Source of the DNA: Williopsis jadinii
Taxonomy: Eukaryota
Direction: 5' to 3'
Assembly: GCA_024346625.1 (NCBI GenBank)
Contig: AP024665.1
Coordinates: 620,001 to 684,000 of the forward strand
Length of the DNA stretch: 64,000 nt
Position 1 is the first letter of the stretch, and each line of letters begins with the position of its first letter. Positions 44,258 to 56,721 of the stretch are shown here, piece after piece. The notes under the pieces were generated by a model that had not been told where the DNA came from, searched no databases, and was given only the letters and a program-made list of their open reading frames with translations. Position numbers and translations under genes: made by a program.

Positions 44258-47200
44258 ATGGATTTGAGCTTAAACATTAGCCAGTTCCTTGCCAATTCCG
44301 GTTCTGATGAGAATCGTGCAAGCGCCATTGTTGAAAGGTTTGCAAATCGTGAGTTTTAAGACCCGTTAAGAGAAAGGACAAGAGGTGATGGATTTAGACT
44401 AACAACATGTTCTAAAGAGATTCATAGCAGAGACATCAAGTTGATCGATCTCATCAAGGCCCTTGGTGACTATCTCACGGCAGAAGATGATCTTCTTAGA
44501 CCCAAGGCTACACAGTGTCTCTCCGGGACGTTGAACTCTTTGAAAAAAGATATCTTAACCCCCAATGATATCTCTGTTCTGACTGGCTTTTACGTATCGA
44601 AGTTGGAAGACAGTCAATGTACCAAAGAAACTCTATACGGCATGTCTTCTCTTGTGGACATGGATAGCTTTGGTCCTAGTAACCTGGATAAGATCCTCAA
44701 GGGGTTAATGGATCAATATGACTCTACCAAGAACTTGGCTTCTACTAGGTACTACGGGTTGCTGACTCTTCAAAGGATCTTTACAAAGTTTGTCAATTAT
44801 CTCAAACAGATGAAGAAGGATAGGTTGTTCATTGAATGTTTCCTTCATGTTGCCAGTGGTGAAAAGGACCCAAGAAACCTACTTCTTTCATTCTCTCTGA
44901 ATAAAGATATTTCATCCAACTTAAACTTGGAATCGTTTGAAGATGAACTCTTTGACATTCTGTTTTGCTATTTCCCAATCTCATTCAAACCGCCAAAGGA
45001 AGATCCTTACAAGATTACTCAGGATCAGCTCAAGGGAAGTCTGAGAGCTGCTATTGCATCGAGCTCGGCATTTGATAAAGATTCATATCCGAACTTGTTG
45101 GAGAAATTATCCTCAACATCACCCTCTGTCAAACGTGACACTGCTGAAACCATCAACGCATGTATTGCTAACTATGGTCAGAAGTCTTTGATTGAACATT
45201 GGCTCGAGATTTGGAACGCCTACAAGTTTGAAGTAGTTCATGGTGAACCTGATGATGAAGAAATTGGAGTCTATCAATCACTACTAAACACGTTCACAGA
45301 GATCTCCAAGGTTCTAACTTCAAACGAAGTTGAATTTGATCAATTTGCATCGACCCTTTTGAAAGATTTGAAAGAAAGCTTTCAGAATACTAAAACTTTA
45401 AAGCAAACATGTCTTATCTTTGGTGCGATTGCTAAGGCCAATAACATTGCATATAACAAGGCTGTCAAACTAGTTCTAGCACAGCTTTTGATGAAAACAG
45501 ATGGCTTAAATGTGCGCGAAGAAAGAGAACTAATCCAAAACTTGGGGGTCTTTACGTCTGCCTACAAAGACGTCTATGGAACCACATCATCACCAAAACT
45601 ACAAGATTACAATAACGGCTTGAAGGACTTCAAGGATCAAATCTTAATTCTGTTAGGGAAATCGCTTATGGGGTCATCTCAAGTAGAGATCAGTTTAAGA
45701 ACATTAGCCATTACAGAACTGACCAATTTAACAACTTTGTCCGATTTCCTGTCAAATTCCGAGTTGAGTTTGATTGCTCAATACTTCACAGAGACTGTCT
45801 TGATGGATGATAATGAGTATGTCTTCAACTCTGCAATTGGTGGTCTGGCTCAAATTGCTCAACTTGATTCAAGTGTTCTGGTTGAAGTGACCCTCCCAAC
45901 TTTGATCTCTCTGTTACCTGACGCTGATGAACCTGTGCGTATAAATGGACAGGATAAACCAAAGGATAAAATATTTGATGTTATCGTCAGTATCAGTACT
46001 GGTGGCGCATTAGTCAACTTCATGGTTATCAGATTACTGAACAAGCTTGAACAGCTTCAAACCACTCTTGCAGATCCCGTGCCATACTCATTTTTGATTC
46101 TCTCGTCACTGCAGAAGATCATTACTACAAGTGAATCTTCAACACAATTTTCAACAGATACTCTCTTTCCAAGTTTGGTCAAACTCATTCACCTTTTATT
46201 GAAGTTTCCATCGCTAAACCAAGATGATGCCATCTTGGAATCAGCAACTGAAATCTTGAAATTGATTGTTGTTTTTTCCTCGAAATCATTTCACCAGCAA
46301 TTGTCTGACGATACATTATCATTCTTCACTGGTCTGCCTGTTGCTAATGATGACTACTATAAAGACCTCGAGCCAATTAATGTCTTTGCCGAGCCAACAC
46401 CTCTCATCAACATTCTTTCCAAAGTCCTTGCTGGTGTCAACAAATCTGTCTCTATTAACAACGTTGATTCATTGATCAATAAACTTGTTGAATTCATCAA
46501 GACATCCTCATTCCAGGATGGGTACGTGAGAATTAGTTATTTGAGATTTTTGAGTTTGATTATCAACAAGTGGAACTGTGAAGTATCAAAGTATGAAAAC
46601 ATAACCTTCGACTCTGTTCTTTCTTTGGAGATATATACATGGATCACAAAGGGTGTTCTTTTGAGAATCGATCCAAAGAGTGAAACTTTCATTGATGTAT
46701 TGGTTGGTGCTCTTTCTGATACTTCATTGGGTGCTATGGCTGCAAACTCTTTTGAAGTTCTAGTAGTTGATCTGTCGATTTTCGAAAAGTTCAAGAAGAT
46801 CTTGAACAACAACGTTAGACTGTTGTACAAGCAAAAATTCTTTGACCTTGTGGTACCTAAGCTTGTGGAGGGATTCAATGGTAATGATGATATGAAGATC
46901 AAGTCCAATTATCTTTCTGCACTTTCTCATATATTGAAGCACACCAAGAGAGAAATCATCAACCCACATTTACCATCATTCTTCCCTCTTTTGCTACAGT
47001 CTTTGAACTTGATGGACTCTGAAGTCCGTTTGGCTTCATTGAATACGATCCTTTCCTCTGTTGGAGAAGTTTCTGATTTGATTACAAGTCATATTTCTTC
47101 TTTGATTCCTAAACTTCTGGCACTAGCTCAAAGTGATAGAGATCATCTTAACACAGAACCAGTTCGTCTTGCTGCGGTGAATTGTTTGCATAGCTTTGCT

Positions 47201-47350
47201 ATGGCATTACCGCTTCAGAAGGTTGTTCCATATCAAAAACAAGTTATAAGAGAATTGACACCAGTTTTGGATGATAAGAAAAGAAGTGTCAGAAAAGGTG
47301 CAATTGACGCTAGACAAGCATACTATGAACTGGGAAGAACAGTGGAATAA
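44258..47350 (+). CDS. MET18: CIA targeting factor Met18/Mms19 (2 exons)
   Basis: Exon 1 44258-44348; intron 44349-44417 (GTGAGT..GACTAAC..AAG). GEKDPRNL, FCYFPISFKPP and LDDKKRSVRK motifs. Confidence 0.93.
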
Positions 47351-47439
47351 ACGTTGTTGATACATAGGATGAACTATATATAAAAACTGTGCATTAATTA
47401 ATTGATATACGGCAAGATTAGAATCTAAGGGTGATATGT

Positions 47440-48009
47440 CTACTCATCGTCAGAATCGTCGGAATCTGACAGTCCCACAGGTGCAAGACCTGGAGTAAGA
47501 CCTGGATATTTCCTTTCCAATTTCTTCTTGTATAAGTCCTTCCCAAGAACTTTCTGTTTGACTCTCTTCTTTGAACGGTCTGTATTCTTCAGCTGGAGTA
47601 TTTCTCTTTGTAGATCTTCTATTTGGTCTGCTGCCTCTGTTTTCCAGCTTTGCAAGCTCACGACGTTTCTATTGATGAGTTTCTTCAACTCTTTCTTCTC
47701 TCGATTCGTGAGATTCCCAGTCTTTGCATGTTGTTGTAAAAGTTCATATTTTGCTGTGGATTCAACCTGGTCCTTTTGATCACGTTGTTTTCTTATTTTC
47801 TGTCTCTTAATATGTCTTTCTTTCTTCTGAATACGTCTAATCTCTTCAGGTTTCAGCTTCTTTTGAGCCATGTTAATAATTTGCGATGTCGACGTGACAT
47901 TGTCTCTCTGCTGGTCTGTGCTGGAGACTGAATTCCCTGGTAGCAACGAGTCGAGAAGCTTGTTCACCTGGGAAGCCGATGAAGCCGAACTTTGGAACTG
48001 AATAGCCAT
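47440..48009 (-). CDS. RRT14: Regulator of rDNA transcription Rrt14
   Basis: VNKLLDSLLPG and YPGLTPGLAPVGLSD motifs. Convergent with MET18; RRPE/PAC (GAAATTTTCTAGCGATGAG, about 48088-48106) upstream. Confidence 0.88.
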   Translation of the reverse strand: MAIQFQSSASSASQVNKLLDSLLPGNSVSSTDQQRDNVTSTSQIINMAQKKLKPEEIRRIQKKERHIKRQKIRKQRDQKDQVESTAKYELLQQHAKTGNLTNREKKELKKLINRNVVSLQSWKTEAADQIEDLQREILQLKNTDRSKKRVKQKVLGKDLYKKKLERKYPGLTPGLAPVGLSDSDDSDDE

Positions 48010-49090
48010 GTTACACACTTGGATGGTACCTTAAAAGGGTCTATTCAACTAGTTGATTCAAGTGTTTGGTAAACGTGAAGCACATGAGAAATTTTCTAGC
48101 GATGAGGTGCCTTAGTAAGTTATTATGTAATGACTCTTTATATATCACGTGACTTGTATGTGTATCTATTCGTTACGAGTTTTGCTATTTGTCCACTACC
48201 AATACACAACCTACTAGTTTATACAACAATACGTTACCAGTGAGCACAATATGGTGGTAGACTAGGTTGCTGTTACAAATCTTAGGGTGATGCGGGCATT
48301 TACCTAAAGCATGTGAATGATTGATATAACGACGTGGATATTATCCCATCCCAACACCAACTGTAGCTATAGGGCGTGCCCTCCCCGCCCACGCTATCTT
48401 CAAGCAGACCACGGGCTAGGAATCCTGTCTACCATTGCTTCAGCTCTGTTATTCGCTAAACCATACAGAGCACATAGCCAGCATTGGCTGTAAGTCTTGT
48501 TATAATCTTCCAAGATAACCTCAAAATTATAAACTTCTCCAAGCAAGCCACTTTAACTCCAAGACAGCCCATACTGATTAATCCGTGATGGCTGCATCTT
48601 CAACGTCTCCACCATTCTAAGAGGCACATGCCTTATGCCAAGTGACAACGGCTTCTCCGGGTAACCAATTTCTCAGTACTCCTCATTATCGTTCCATTAT
48701 ATATCAACACCATCTACAACGCCTATATTTCCTCAGTTTGAGTAATTGATCCCTTCCACCACAGTAAAACACATCCCACGCTACTCTGAGCTCTTGTCTT
48801 GCGCGTTGTATTTGTCCTCGTTGCACTATCAAGGCTTGTGTTTTTTTCTCGTTTCGCTTGCGCATATGCGTTAACTTCGATTTTTTGTCTATTTTTCGCA
48901 ATTTAGTACAAATCGGGAAATTTCAACAGATCAACCAGCCACATCGCAGCAGCGAAATTTGTGAGACACAATTCTTGATTCAAGGTGGGATTAATCCACG
49001 AGTCATCATCCATAATTCTGAACCCTTCTCCTTATAATTCGCTAGTTGAATCGGCACAGACCATCACGTAGAACCAACATCACACAAACC

Positions 49091-50245
49091 ATGACGGTCA
49101 ACGAGTTTGAGTACTCACCCACTGACCAATTTCCACTTTCCAGACGGTCATCGGACGAAATTGTGCAGCTGAAGGACTTCCCACATAGAGCGAGTCTACG
49201 GCCGTCAGTGGAGTTACCAGAAGTCACATCTGTAAGGAGACATGGCTCAGACACAGTGAGACAACGAGCTCTGAGGTCTCAATCTCAACAACAGCATGGA
49301 CACTCGGCGAGTGTTCATTCGCAGCTCTCGCCTGCGGAATCGAAGAGATCACCTAGTATACGGAAGAAGAAGAGGTTCATGATGAGCAAGACAGAAGTGA
49401 AGAGGAAGTTTTTCTACCCAGTAAATGCCCCCAAGAGAGAACTGTCCCGGCGTGGGAAATATCGCACGAGGTATGAGTTGAATTCTTGTTTCAATTATAT
49501 GAACATCGACGTTGGAATGTCTAAGGAATTGTGCATCAATCAATACGTCAGGTCGTACTACATAAGAGATGGTGATTTGATCAAGCCTAACCCACACCTA
49601 CACGAAGAAGTCAAGGCAATCACCGTGGATTCCAACAATAGAGTCATACTTTATACCCCAGCACCAACTGACAGAAATAGTTCAGTGGCTGATGCAGAAC
49701 AGATACTGAACGAGCAATTACAAAAGCTTGGAGACACATCAGCATTGGCCAAGACGAGCCCCATGTCACGGTCTTCTCATATGAAAACTTTTGCAACGTT
49801 CCCACCTACGAGGAAGCCAAACTTTGCACTAAGAAGAACGAACTCGTTACCAGTGAGGATAAAGAATAACAGATTAGAAACTCTGTGGAATCTATACCTC
49901 AGAAGAGCCATCGCACGGAGAATCAAATGGAGATTGGAACATATGGGACGGAGCTCTTCTGATTTTACCTCCAAATCGTACAAACTGAGCAGGGAGACAT
50001 CTGTGGAAACAAGTTTCTTCATGTCACATGTACTGCATGAGGATGGTAACGAATCTAAGGAAGAGACAACCTCTACGCAGGATCACCAGTCCCCAAATAA
50101 AAGGGATAATAAACATGACGGATCACAAGAAAGTGTTTTATCCTCGCCACGAAGTCCAACGTCTCCAAGAAGAGATGAAATGATGGATTCGCTAGAAAGG
50201 CTCATCAAAGAAGTCGAATCCATCATCAGTACAGTGGGCCAATAA
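49091..50245 (+). CDS. Hypothetical basic S/R-rich protein
   Basis: 384-aa ORF from ATG 49091 with RRxS motifs and a helix-like LETLWNLYLRRAIARRIKWRL segment. Family not recognised. Confidence 0.65.
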   Translation: MTVNEFEYSPTDQFPLSRRSSDEIVQLKDFPHRASLRPSVELPEVTSVRRHGSDTVRQRALRSQSQQQHGHSASVHSQLSPAESKRSPSIRKKKRFMMSKTEVKRKFFYPVNAPKRELSRRGKYRTRYELNSCFNYMNIDVGMSKELCINQYVRSYYIRDGDLIKPNPHLHEEVKAITVDSNNRVILYTPAPTDRNSSVADAEQILNEQLQKLGDTSALAKTSPMSRSSHMKTFATFPPTRKPNFALRRTNSLPVRIKNNRLETLWNLYLRRAIARRIKWRLEHMGRSSSDFTSKSYKLSRETSVETSFFMSHVLHEDGNESKEETTSTQDHQSPNKRDNKHDGSQESVLSSPRSPTSPRRDEMMDSLERLIKEVESIISTVGQ

Positions 50246-50303
50246 ACGACTTAATGATACATGACTACAACCTATGTCTCGAGAATGTAGAATTGTATAG
50301 TAT

Positions 50304-53042
50304 TTACAAGAATGTGGACAATTCATCAGCTGAGGAGGAAATTTTAATCTTTTCGATTTGTGAGTCCTCAACAAGTTTCACTGTCTCCTTCAGCTCGTGA
50401 TCTGGTAATTTGGAAAGTTTGTCATTGACAAACTCTTTGATAGCCTTTTTATCTTCATCTGTTGTCATACCAGCCAGAATAATGACCGTGATACCTTTCA
50501 AAGTTTTTCTCATGTCTGCACTGATCTTGGAGCCTGCTCTACAGCTCTTCAAAGCCCATTGGTCATAGTGCAGTGTAAACCAGTGCCAAAGTGCTTTCTT
50601 GTTCATCTCATTATTGAACTGTAAGCCAACAAGAGCAGTCTCAATCAAGTTAGATTCAATATTTGTTGTGACAAAGTTCAAAACTCTTTTGACCAGAGCA
50701 GGGTCTCTTGTAAACCCGATGGATGAGATGGCTGCATGCTGAATATCAGGTGCTGAACCTGCAAAGATATGGGAAACTGTAGCACCTGGGGATTTCACAA
50801 GATCTAAAACCTTCTTCCATGTGTTTTGATTGGCTCTCAATGAGACAGATGCAAGTACTGGATTGAGGAAGTGGGCAGGAACGGCACGAGATGGTCCATG
50901 CAGTAACTTCTTGAACAATGTGTCGCAAAGTTTCCCAACTTCGGCAGTGTTGATACCAATAGACAAAATTAAAGCACGTGTCTCCAACTCATGAGAGTTC
51001 AAAGTCTCATAATCAATGTTCCATTGTAATTTTTTGAACAACTTGGCATTCATCTTAACAACCCACTCAGAGAATGCGTTATATGACTCCCTTGATGCGT
51101 ATAACTTGTAAGAGTTCTCCACGGATTCCAAGTTCGTCAAGGCGATTCTCAACACTTTGAAGTCTAACACTGGTGAATCAATCAACTTTTCACTGAACTT
51201 CACCAACGCAATGAAATTGATACTCTTCTGCAATTGGTCATGACCAATTAAATGGCCCAGGTCATGGAGCATACCAATCAAATCAGCAGAGGATAGTTTT
51301 GAAAAGTTGTTAACAATGTTTTCAATGACACTCAAATCCTCATAGCTAACTCTGTAAAATCCAGTTCTGTTGACGTTCAAGACGACAAACTCTGTTGATT
51401 TTATGTTCTCTAGTGTCATTCTTCTGTCGGTCAAGATTGTATTAACAACTGATCCATCATTGATACGAATTGCCAGTGGAACATGATATGGTGTGTTCTC
51501 CAGATTTTCAAGCTGTGGCGTACTAAACTCCAGGAATCGGTTCTGCTCAACGATTACGTTACCCCCATCGTTCAAGCTCACAGACACAATTGGAAATCCA
51601 GCAACTCTTAGCCACGAGTGTGCAAATGCTAAGAAATCGATCTTGGACTCATTGTTAAACGCTTTCCAAATTTCAATAGGTTTGATGGAACGGAAGTCGT
51701 TGCTTTGTATGAACTTTGCCAAAGTACCAGTGAATTTGTCCAACTGATCATCAAAGGTTCCTTCAAAGGTGTTAGCAAACATTCTCAAGAACTGAATTCC
51801 CTTTTGATATGCTGGAATTTGGAAGGCATCGAATGTACTCTTGATAGACTTTGTAGAATTGTTCATCACAGTACATGCCTTCAATGACGCATCTTCCTCA
51901 AAGACGGTCTCTATTTCCTCATCAACTTGGCTGATCCATACATCCTTATCTGATGCATCCAAATCAAGTTTGTAAAGAATGTATTTGGCAAACCATGTTG
52001 CAAATGCCTCATTTAACCAGAGATGTGACCATTCGTCGAATGAAACATTATTACCGATCCAATGATGAATGAGTTCATGCACAACCAGTTGCCTGATTGT
52101 CTGTGTTACTTTCTTATTGGCCAAAGACTGCACCAGGATGTGACCAGACTGTATAGTAATAAGTCCAAAGTTTTCCATGGCACCATCACTGAGGAAAGGC
52201 AACGCTATGAAATCCAGCTTATCGAGCGGATATTCACGAACCAACACAGATTCAATGAAAGGAAGAGCTTTGCTGGCAACATCCAAGGCATATGCAGAAC
52301 CAGAAATATTACCAATTGCAGAGTAAAATCTAACTGGAATTTTACCCTGAGAAAGTTCAACACTGGTTTCTATGAAGTCAAGGTCACCAATAACAAACCC
52401 AAAGATCGATGGTGTGATTGGAGGTGACTGTTTAAACTTGATGATTTGGAGTTCTCTTTCCTCATCAACTTGTTTAGATTCAGGAGATGTGTTTGCCAAC
52501 ACCTTGAATCTGGAGTTTGTCTCTATGGTAAGAGTGATTTTTGCCTTTGAAGCAGGTTCATCGATACACGGAAAGATATTTCTGGCATAAGATGTCTGAC
52601 AATGTGTTGCCAGTATGTAGTTGGTGGCCTTGTTAGATCTTTCACCAAGGTAATTCGTTCTGAACAGCCCCTTTGTAACGTCTTGGAACGTCTTGATGGA
52701 GTTGATCTTACCGATGAAGCCAATCTCGAGGGACAAGGACTCTTGGTTGTAGAGCTCCTTTCCATTCACCACGACAAGTTTAGCGAGACCCTTTTCCTTA
52801 TCATAGGACACTTTCGCCTTGAACTGGCTAGTTTGGGCATCGAATGCAGCACTCAGCAACACCAACTCAGAAGCATTGACCCAAAATTCAAAGTCATCGC
52901 CGTCGCTAACGGCCGCAGCTCTCGACTTGACCAACAACACTGTTACTGACCCTTTGAAATTGGACTTTTCATGATCCACATTCAACGTGATATCATACTC
53001 AGTAGGCTGGTGTGAGTTCTTCAGAATCAATGGAGTCTCCAT
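50304..53042 (-). CDS. TMA108: M1 aminopeptidase-family protein, Tma108 orthologue
   Basis: ARNIFPCIDEP, GAMEN, HELIH-x18-E, AYQKG and an ERAP1-like C-terminus. Near tropomyosin, as TMA108-TPM2 in S. cerevisiae. Confidence 0.75.
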   Translation of the reverse strand: METPLILKNSHQPTEYDITLNVDHEKSNFKGSVTVLLVKSRAAAVSDGDDFEFWVNASELVLLSAAFDAQTSQFKAKVSYDKEKGLAKLVVVNGKELYNQESLSLEIGFIGKINSIKTFQDVTKGLFRTNYLGERSNKATNYILATHCQTSYARNIFPCIDEPASKAKITLTIETNSRFKVLANTSPESKQVDEERELQIIKFKQSPPITPSIFGFVIGDLDFIETSVELSQGKIPVRFYSAIGNISGSAYALDVASKALPFIESVLVREYPLDKLDFIALPFLSDGAMENFGLITIQSGHILVQSLANKKVTQTIRQLVVHELIHHWIGNNVSFDEWSHLWLNEAFATWFAKYILYKLDLDASDKDVWISQVDEEIETVFEEDASLKACTVMNNSTKSIKSTFDAFQIPAYQKGIQFLRMFANTFEGTFDDQLDKFTGTLAKFIQSNDFRSIKPIEIWKAFNNESKIDFLAFAHSWLRVAGFPIVSVSLNDGGNVIVEQNRFLEFSTPQLENLENTPYHVPLAIRINDGSVVNTILTDRRMTLENIKSTEFVVLNVNRTGFYRVSYEDLSVIENIVNNFSKLSSADLIGMLHDLGHLIGHDQLQKSINFIALVKFSEKLIDSPVLDFKVLRIALTNLESVENSYKLYASRESYNAFSEWVVKMNAKLFKKLQWNIDYETLNSHELETRALILSIGINTAEVGKLCDTLFKKLLHGPSRAVPAHFLNPVLASVSLRANQNTWKKVLDLVKSPGATVSHIFAGSAPDIQHAAISSIGFTRDPALVKRVLNFVTTNIESNLIETALVGLQFNNEMNKKALWHWFTLHYDQWALKSCRAGSKISADMRKTLKGITVIILAGMTTDEDKKAIKEFVNDKLSKLPDHELKETVKLVEDSQIEKIKISSSADELSTFL

Positions 53043-54187
53043 ATCGGTAAAGAAGTGTAGCTAATAACCTCGACGAATCGCATCAAACTCTTTTGCAAAC
53101 AGGCGGTTCTGAAAAGTTGGGCTAAAAGTTTCGCTGGTGTTTGGGTGCGCAGATCGGCCCAAGTGTTGGCCCTGAACGAAAAAGTAGCTCCTACTGCCGT
53201 GGATAACCAAGTCTCCCTGACCAGGTCGCGGAGGGGCCTTAACTCCGTGTAATTTGTTGATCAAGACGAGATCAAGACATATCGTTCCTGGTCAACGTGA
53301 TCACTGAGCATTGATAAGATCACTCCAAGAGCATAAATATCCTTGATGTGTGTACTGTTTGCTTTGTTACGTTCAGATCTTCAGCCTTACCACTCGAGCC
53401 ACGTTTGGAATAAAGAAAGCTATACAGATGTGCCTTAGTGGTCAGTGAGCGCATCAATATACGCTACACACATGTGTAATCTCTCACGTGTAATCCCTCC
53501 CTGTGGAATGTTTTGAAATTGCTACTCCCGCACACCCCGTACCTTGCACAGATGGTAATGTTACACGGTGTTCCTTGTCACAGCAACGAGCTGGCGCTGA
53601 TAGTTTGCTGTGTACTTCAACCAAGTCTGGCCTTTGATGTCTGGGTATCTACCGCCGCGAGATAAGAAGACAAATGCGTTCTCTTCTCTTGAATTCGTTC
53701 CATTGATATCGTTTACATTGGTCATTGGGATAGATAATCATTTGTGTGTTCCTTGCTCATCAAAGGTATGTGCTATGATGCTTGTTCTAGATGCACGCTG
53801 CATGACAAAGGTTTCTTTGTCAATAGAAACCACACTTCATGGACATGATCAAATAGCACACGGTACATTCTGTAAGACAAGGAGCTGGGGAGGCGTTGTA
53901 GTGGCAGATGGTCCATACTATCGGTAATACCTGTCAGCTGAAGAGCACACACATGTACTATTGTACAGGCGATGGGTGGACTACATGATAATGAAGTGAT
54001 ATGCTCGTAAACCTCCATCGACAACATTTGAAGATGATCGAACATTGGAGAACAAATTCTAGGGCAGGCGCTTCAATAAGATTGGGATTGCATGCTTTCA
54101 CCAGCATGCTCTTAAAGCTTTATATTTAGAGAGCAATCGTTTGAGTCGAGTAGGGGTTTGGTGAAAGAAGGGTATGATCGACTGGTG

Positions 54188-54195
54188 TAGCCGCC
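54188..54195. promoter_or_regulatory. URS1 (Ume6) core site
   Basis: TAGCCGCC. Confidence 0.45.
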
Positions 54196-55020
54196 ATATG
54201 GGGTTGTCACAGTTCAAACCATACCCGATTATTTGCAAATCACTATAAAAACCATTTGTAACGGGGATGAATGTATGTGACTACTCATACAACTCCCCCG
54301 TAGCAACTTATACGTAGCTATCGCTAGCACCTACTACTGCCACGTCTGGACACAACCAATTGGCATGTTACATACAATGGTTTGATAGGTGACTGATGAT
54401 CGCTTCTTATGACGTATTGCCATTGCTGGCCTGTGACCTGTGAGACCGTGATTCGTACTCCTGCCGTGGTGTTCTTTAGCCCCACGTCCACAATCTTTAA
54501 AAATTCAGAGGCTTTGCATAAGGGCACAGCGAATTCTTTCGAACAAATTTCGAACTTGGGGAGAAGTTTGGCCCGTACGGACGGTTTTTGTCTCCCTTTC
54601 CAAACGTTTCTCTTCCAATAACTGCACGTACTTTACCACATCACGCATCACAACTGTGCTTTTCGAACATTGAGCGGGTCACAATTATAAATACGCAACG
54701 AGGGAATCTATTTCCAATATTTGAGATTCAATCATGTATCCTGGTTCAACACTGCTCTATTTTTTGTTTATTTTACGTCCGTGCTAAGTTTCTTTTGGTA
54801 GTGAACGGTTAGTTTTGACCGTCTAGTATTTGTCACGGGAATCGAAACACACAGAAGGACCGAAACTATATTGGTAACAAGTATCTTTCAATTTGCATAA
54901 CCACCTTCTCGCATATATTCGAACAATTGTGAACAGGTGTTCTCCACCAGCCGTGGTGACTGAAAAGTGCTCTAATTATCAGCATTTTCTGAGCTATCAG
55001 AGTCGAGAGCAAACCCACTG

Positions 55021-56304
55021 ATGGTGAAGTGTAAAAAGTACTATGATTTATTGGGTGTACCGCCAACAGCAACTGATGTTGAGATCAAAAGAGCCTACAG
55101 GTTGATGGCTTTAAAATGGCATCCTGATAAGAACAATCACAGCGAGGAGTCTACCGCAAAGTTTCAAGAGATAACGAAGGCGTATGAAATTTTATTTGAC
55201 AAGGAAAAGAGGACTGTCTACGACGAATATGGCGAAGAAGGCCTACACGAATTGGCCAAAACTGAAAGTCCAACAGCAGAGGATACAGCTTCCGTGCCAA
55301 CATACTCTATGAAGTCTAATGACATCTTTTCACAGTTCTTCGGTGAAGGGTTCTTCCAAAATACACATTCAAAAGACAGAAAAGGTCCAAACATCAACCA
55401 TGAACTTCTCTGCACACTGGAAGAGTTATACAGGGGTAAAAATACAAGACTCTCTCTGTCCAAGTCCATCATATGTCCAGAATGTAACGGTCGTGGCGGT
55501 ACAAAAGTGAATACATGCGGTCATTGTTTTGGTAGAGGCCGTGTATTGATTCAAAAACAGGCTGGTCCTATTGTTCAGCGGTATGAGAGTACTTGCATTG
55601 CCTGTAACGGTTACGGTAAACTGGTGATGCAGGATGGTCTATGCAAGACCTGTAATGGAAATTTAAAAATCAATCAGACAAAGATCCTTCGGCTGAAAGT
55701 GCCACCAGGTACGAAAGCTGGTGACACTATAGTATTCCACAATGAAGGAGATCAAGCGTTTGGTTATGATCCTGGCGACGTTGTTGTCACAATCAAGGAG
55801 AAAAAACATAATTATTTTAAGAGAAAAGGTTCAGATCTATACCGTACAGTGAAGGTTGATCTACGTACAGCACTGTGCGGTGGACATTGTTCTATACAGC
55901 ACTTGAATGGCAAATGGCTCAAGTTACTTCTTATTCCAGGTGACATCGTTGAACAAGATGGGTTAAAAGTTGTTGAAAACTACGGTATGCCCAAGAGGAG
56001 GGACCCCTCCGTTTTCGGTAACCTCTACGTGAACTTCATAGTCACTTTTCCAAAGGTTGGTGAGCTTACAAAAGAGAACTTTGAACTGCTGAGTAAAGCA
56101 CTACCACCTGGTCCAAGTTTAAACATTCCAGAAGGTGCAGAAGTCGACGAACAAGTTGTCACTGCTTTTGATCCGTCAACCCATAGTTATAAGAAACGGA
56201 AAAGAGCCCATGATGAAACAAGATCACGAGGTGGGTCGTCTCCTGAAAACGATGGCAATTTATATCCAGAAGGTTATCCACAGCAGCAATGCAGTCAGCA
56301 ATGA
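55021..56304 (+). CDS. APJ1: Class A Hsp40 (J-domain, zinc finger, CaaX), Apj1/Ydj1-like
   Basis: HPD motif, four CxxCxGxG-type repeats, KKRKR and terminal CSQQ. The APJ1 name is inferred from its position next to tropomyosin. Confidence 0.6.
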   Translation: MVKCKKYYDLLGVPPTATDVEIKRAYRLMALKWHPDKNNHSEESTAKFQEITKAYEILFDKEKRTVYDEYGEEGLHELAKTESPTAEDTASVPTYSMKSNDIFSQFFGEGFFQNTHSKDRKGPNINHELLCTLEELYRGKNTRLSLSKSIICPECNGRGGTKVNTCGHCFGRGRVLIQKQAGPIVQRYESTCIACNGYGKLVMQDGLCKTCNGNLKINQTKILRLKVPPGTKAGDTIVFHNEGDQAFGYDPGDVVVTIKEKKHNYFKRKGSDLYRTVKVDLRTALCGGHCSIQHLNGKWLKLLLIPGDIVEQDGLKVVENYGMPKRRDPSVFGNLYVNFIVTFPKVGELTKENFELLSKALPPGPSLNIPEGAEVDEQVVTAFDPSTHSYKKRKRAHDETRSRGGSSPENDGNLYPEGYPQQQCSQQ

Positions 56305-56721
56305 ACCAAGTAGCTCTCTTTGTTCTTGGCTCAACTTACGACTGTGCTATTCATGAAATTTAATGCTTATTTTAACGATTTTTATCTGAATTGTATTATC
56401 AATAACTATGTCCGGTATGTTCGTCACCCCAGGGGTGGTCAATAAACCAATCATAACCCATCACTCATTAACACCCTTCATTAAACTAAAAACTGTGCAT
56501 GAGTCTAACAGCTCTGTGCCAAATAACAAGTTGTCATGGCGATCAAGGGAGTTTTGCGATTTCACGGAAACTCGTTAGAGATCATGTTAGGGCCACGCCG
56601 TAAATCAGCTTCTGTTGTGCTCCCATGGTATTTTTCTCATTTTTTGTATGTTTTGAAAAACCACGTATCCAATAACGTTCAAACCAAAACCTAACTGTGG
56701 AATACCAAAAACAAGGCAACA

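Noticed and set aside
13886..48018. ORF-track N-terminal extensions from TTG/GTG starts (DUF2009 gene, YAF9, NOP15, CYB5, NHP2, MRPL7, ADH, RRT14)
   Set aside because: They come from bacterial-style start calling; the extensions cover promoter motifs and lack family similarity.
48144..48153. ATCACGTGAC resembling centromere CDEI
   Set aside because: No very AT-rich CDEII or CCG-containing CDEIII at the right spacing; more likely a Cbf1 promoter site.
54531..54555. GAA/TTC cluster upstream of the Hsp40 gene as a heat-shock element
   Set aside because: Spacing does not fit three phased nGAAn units.
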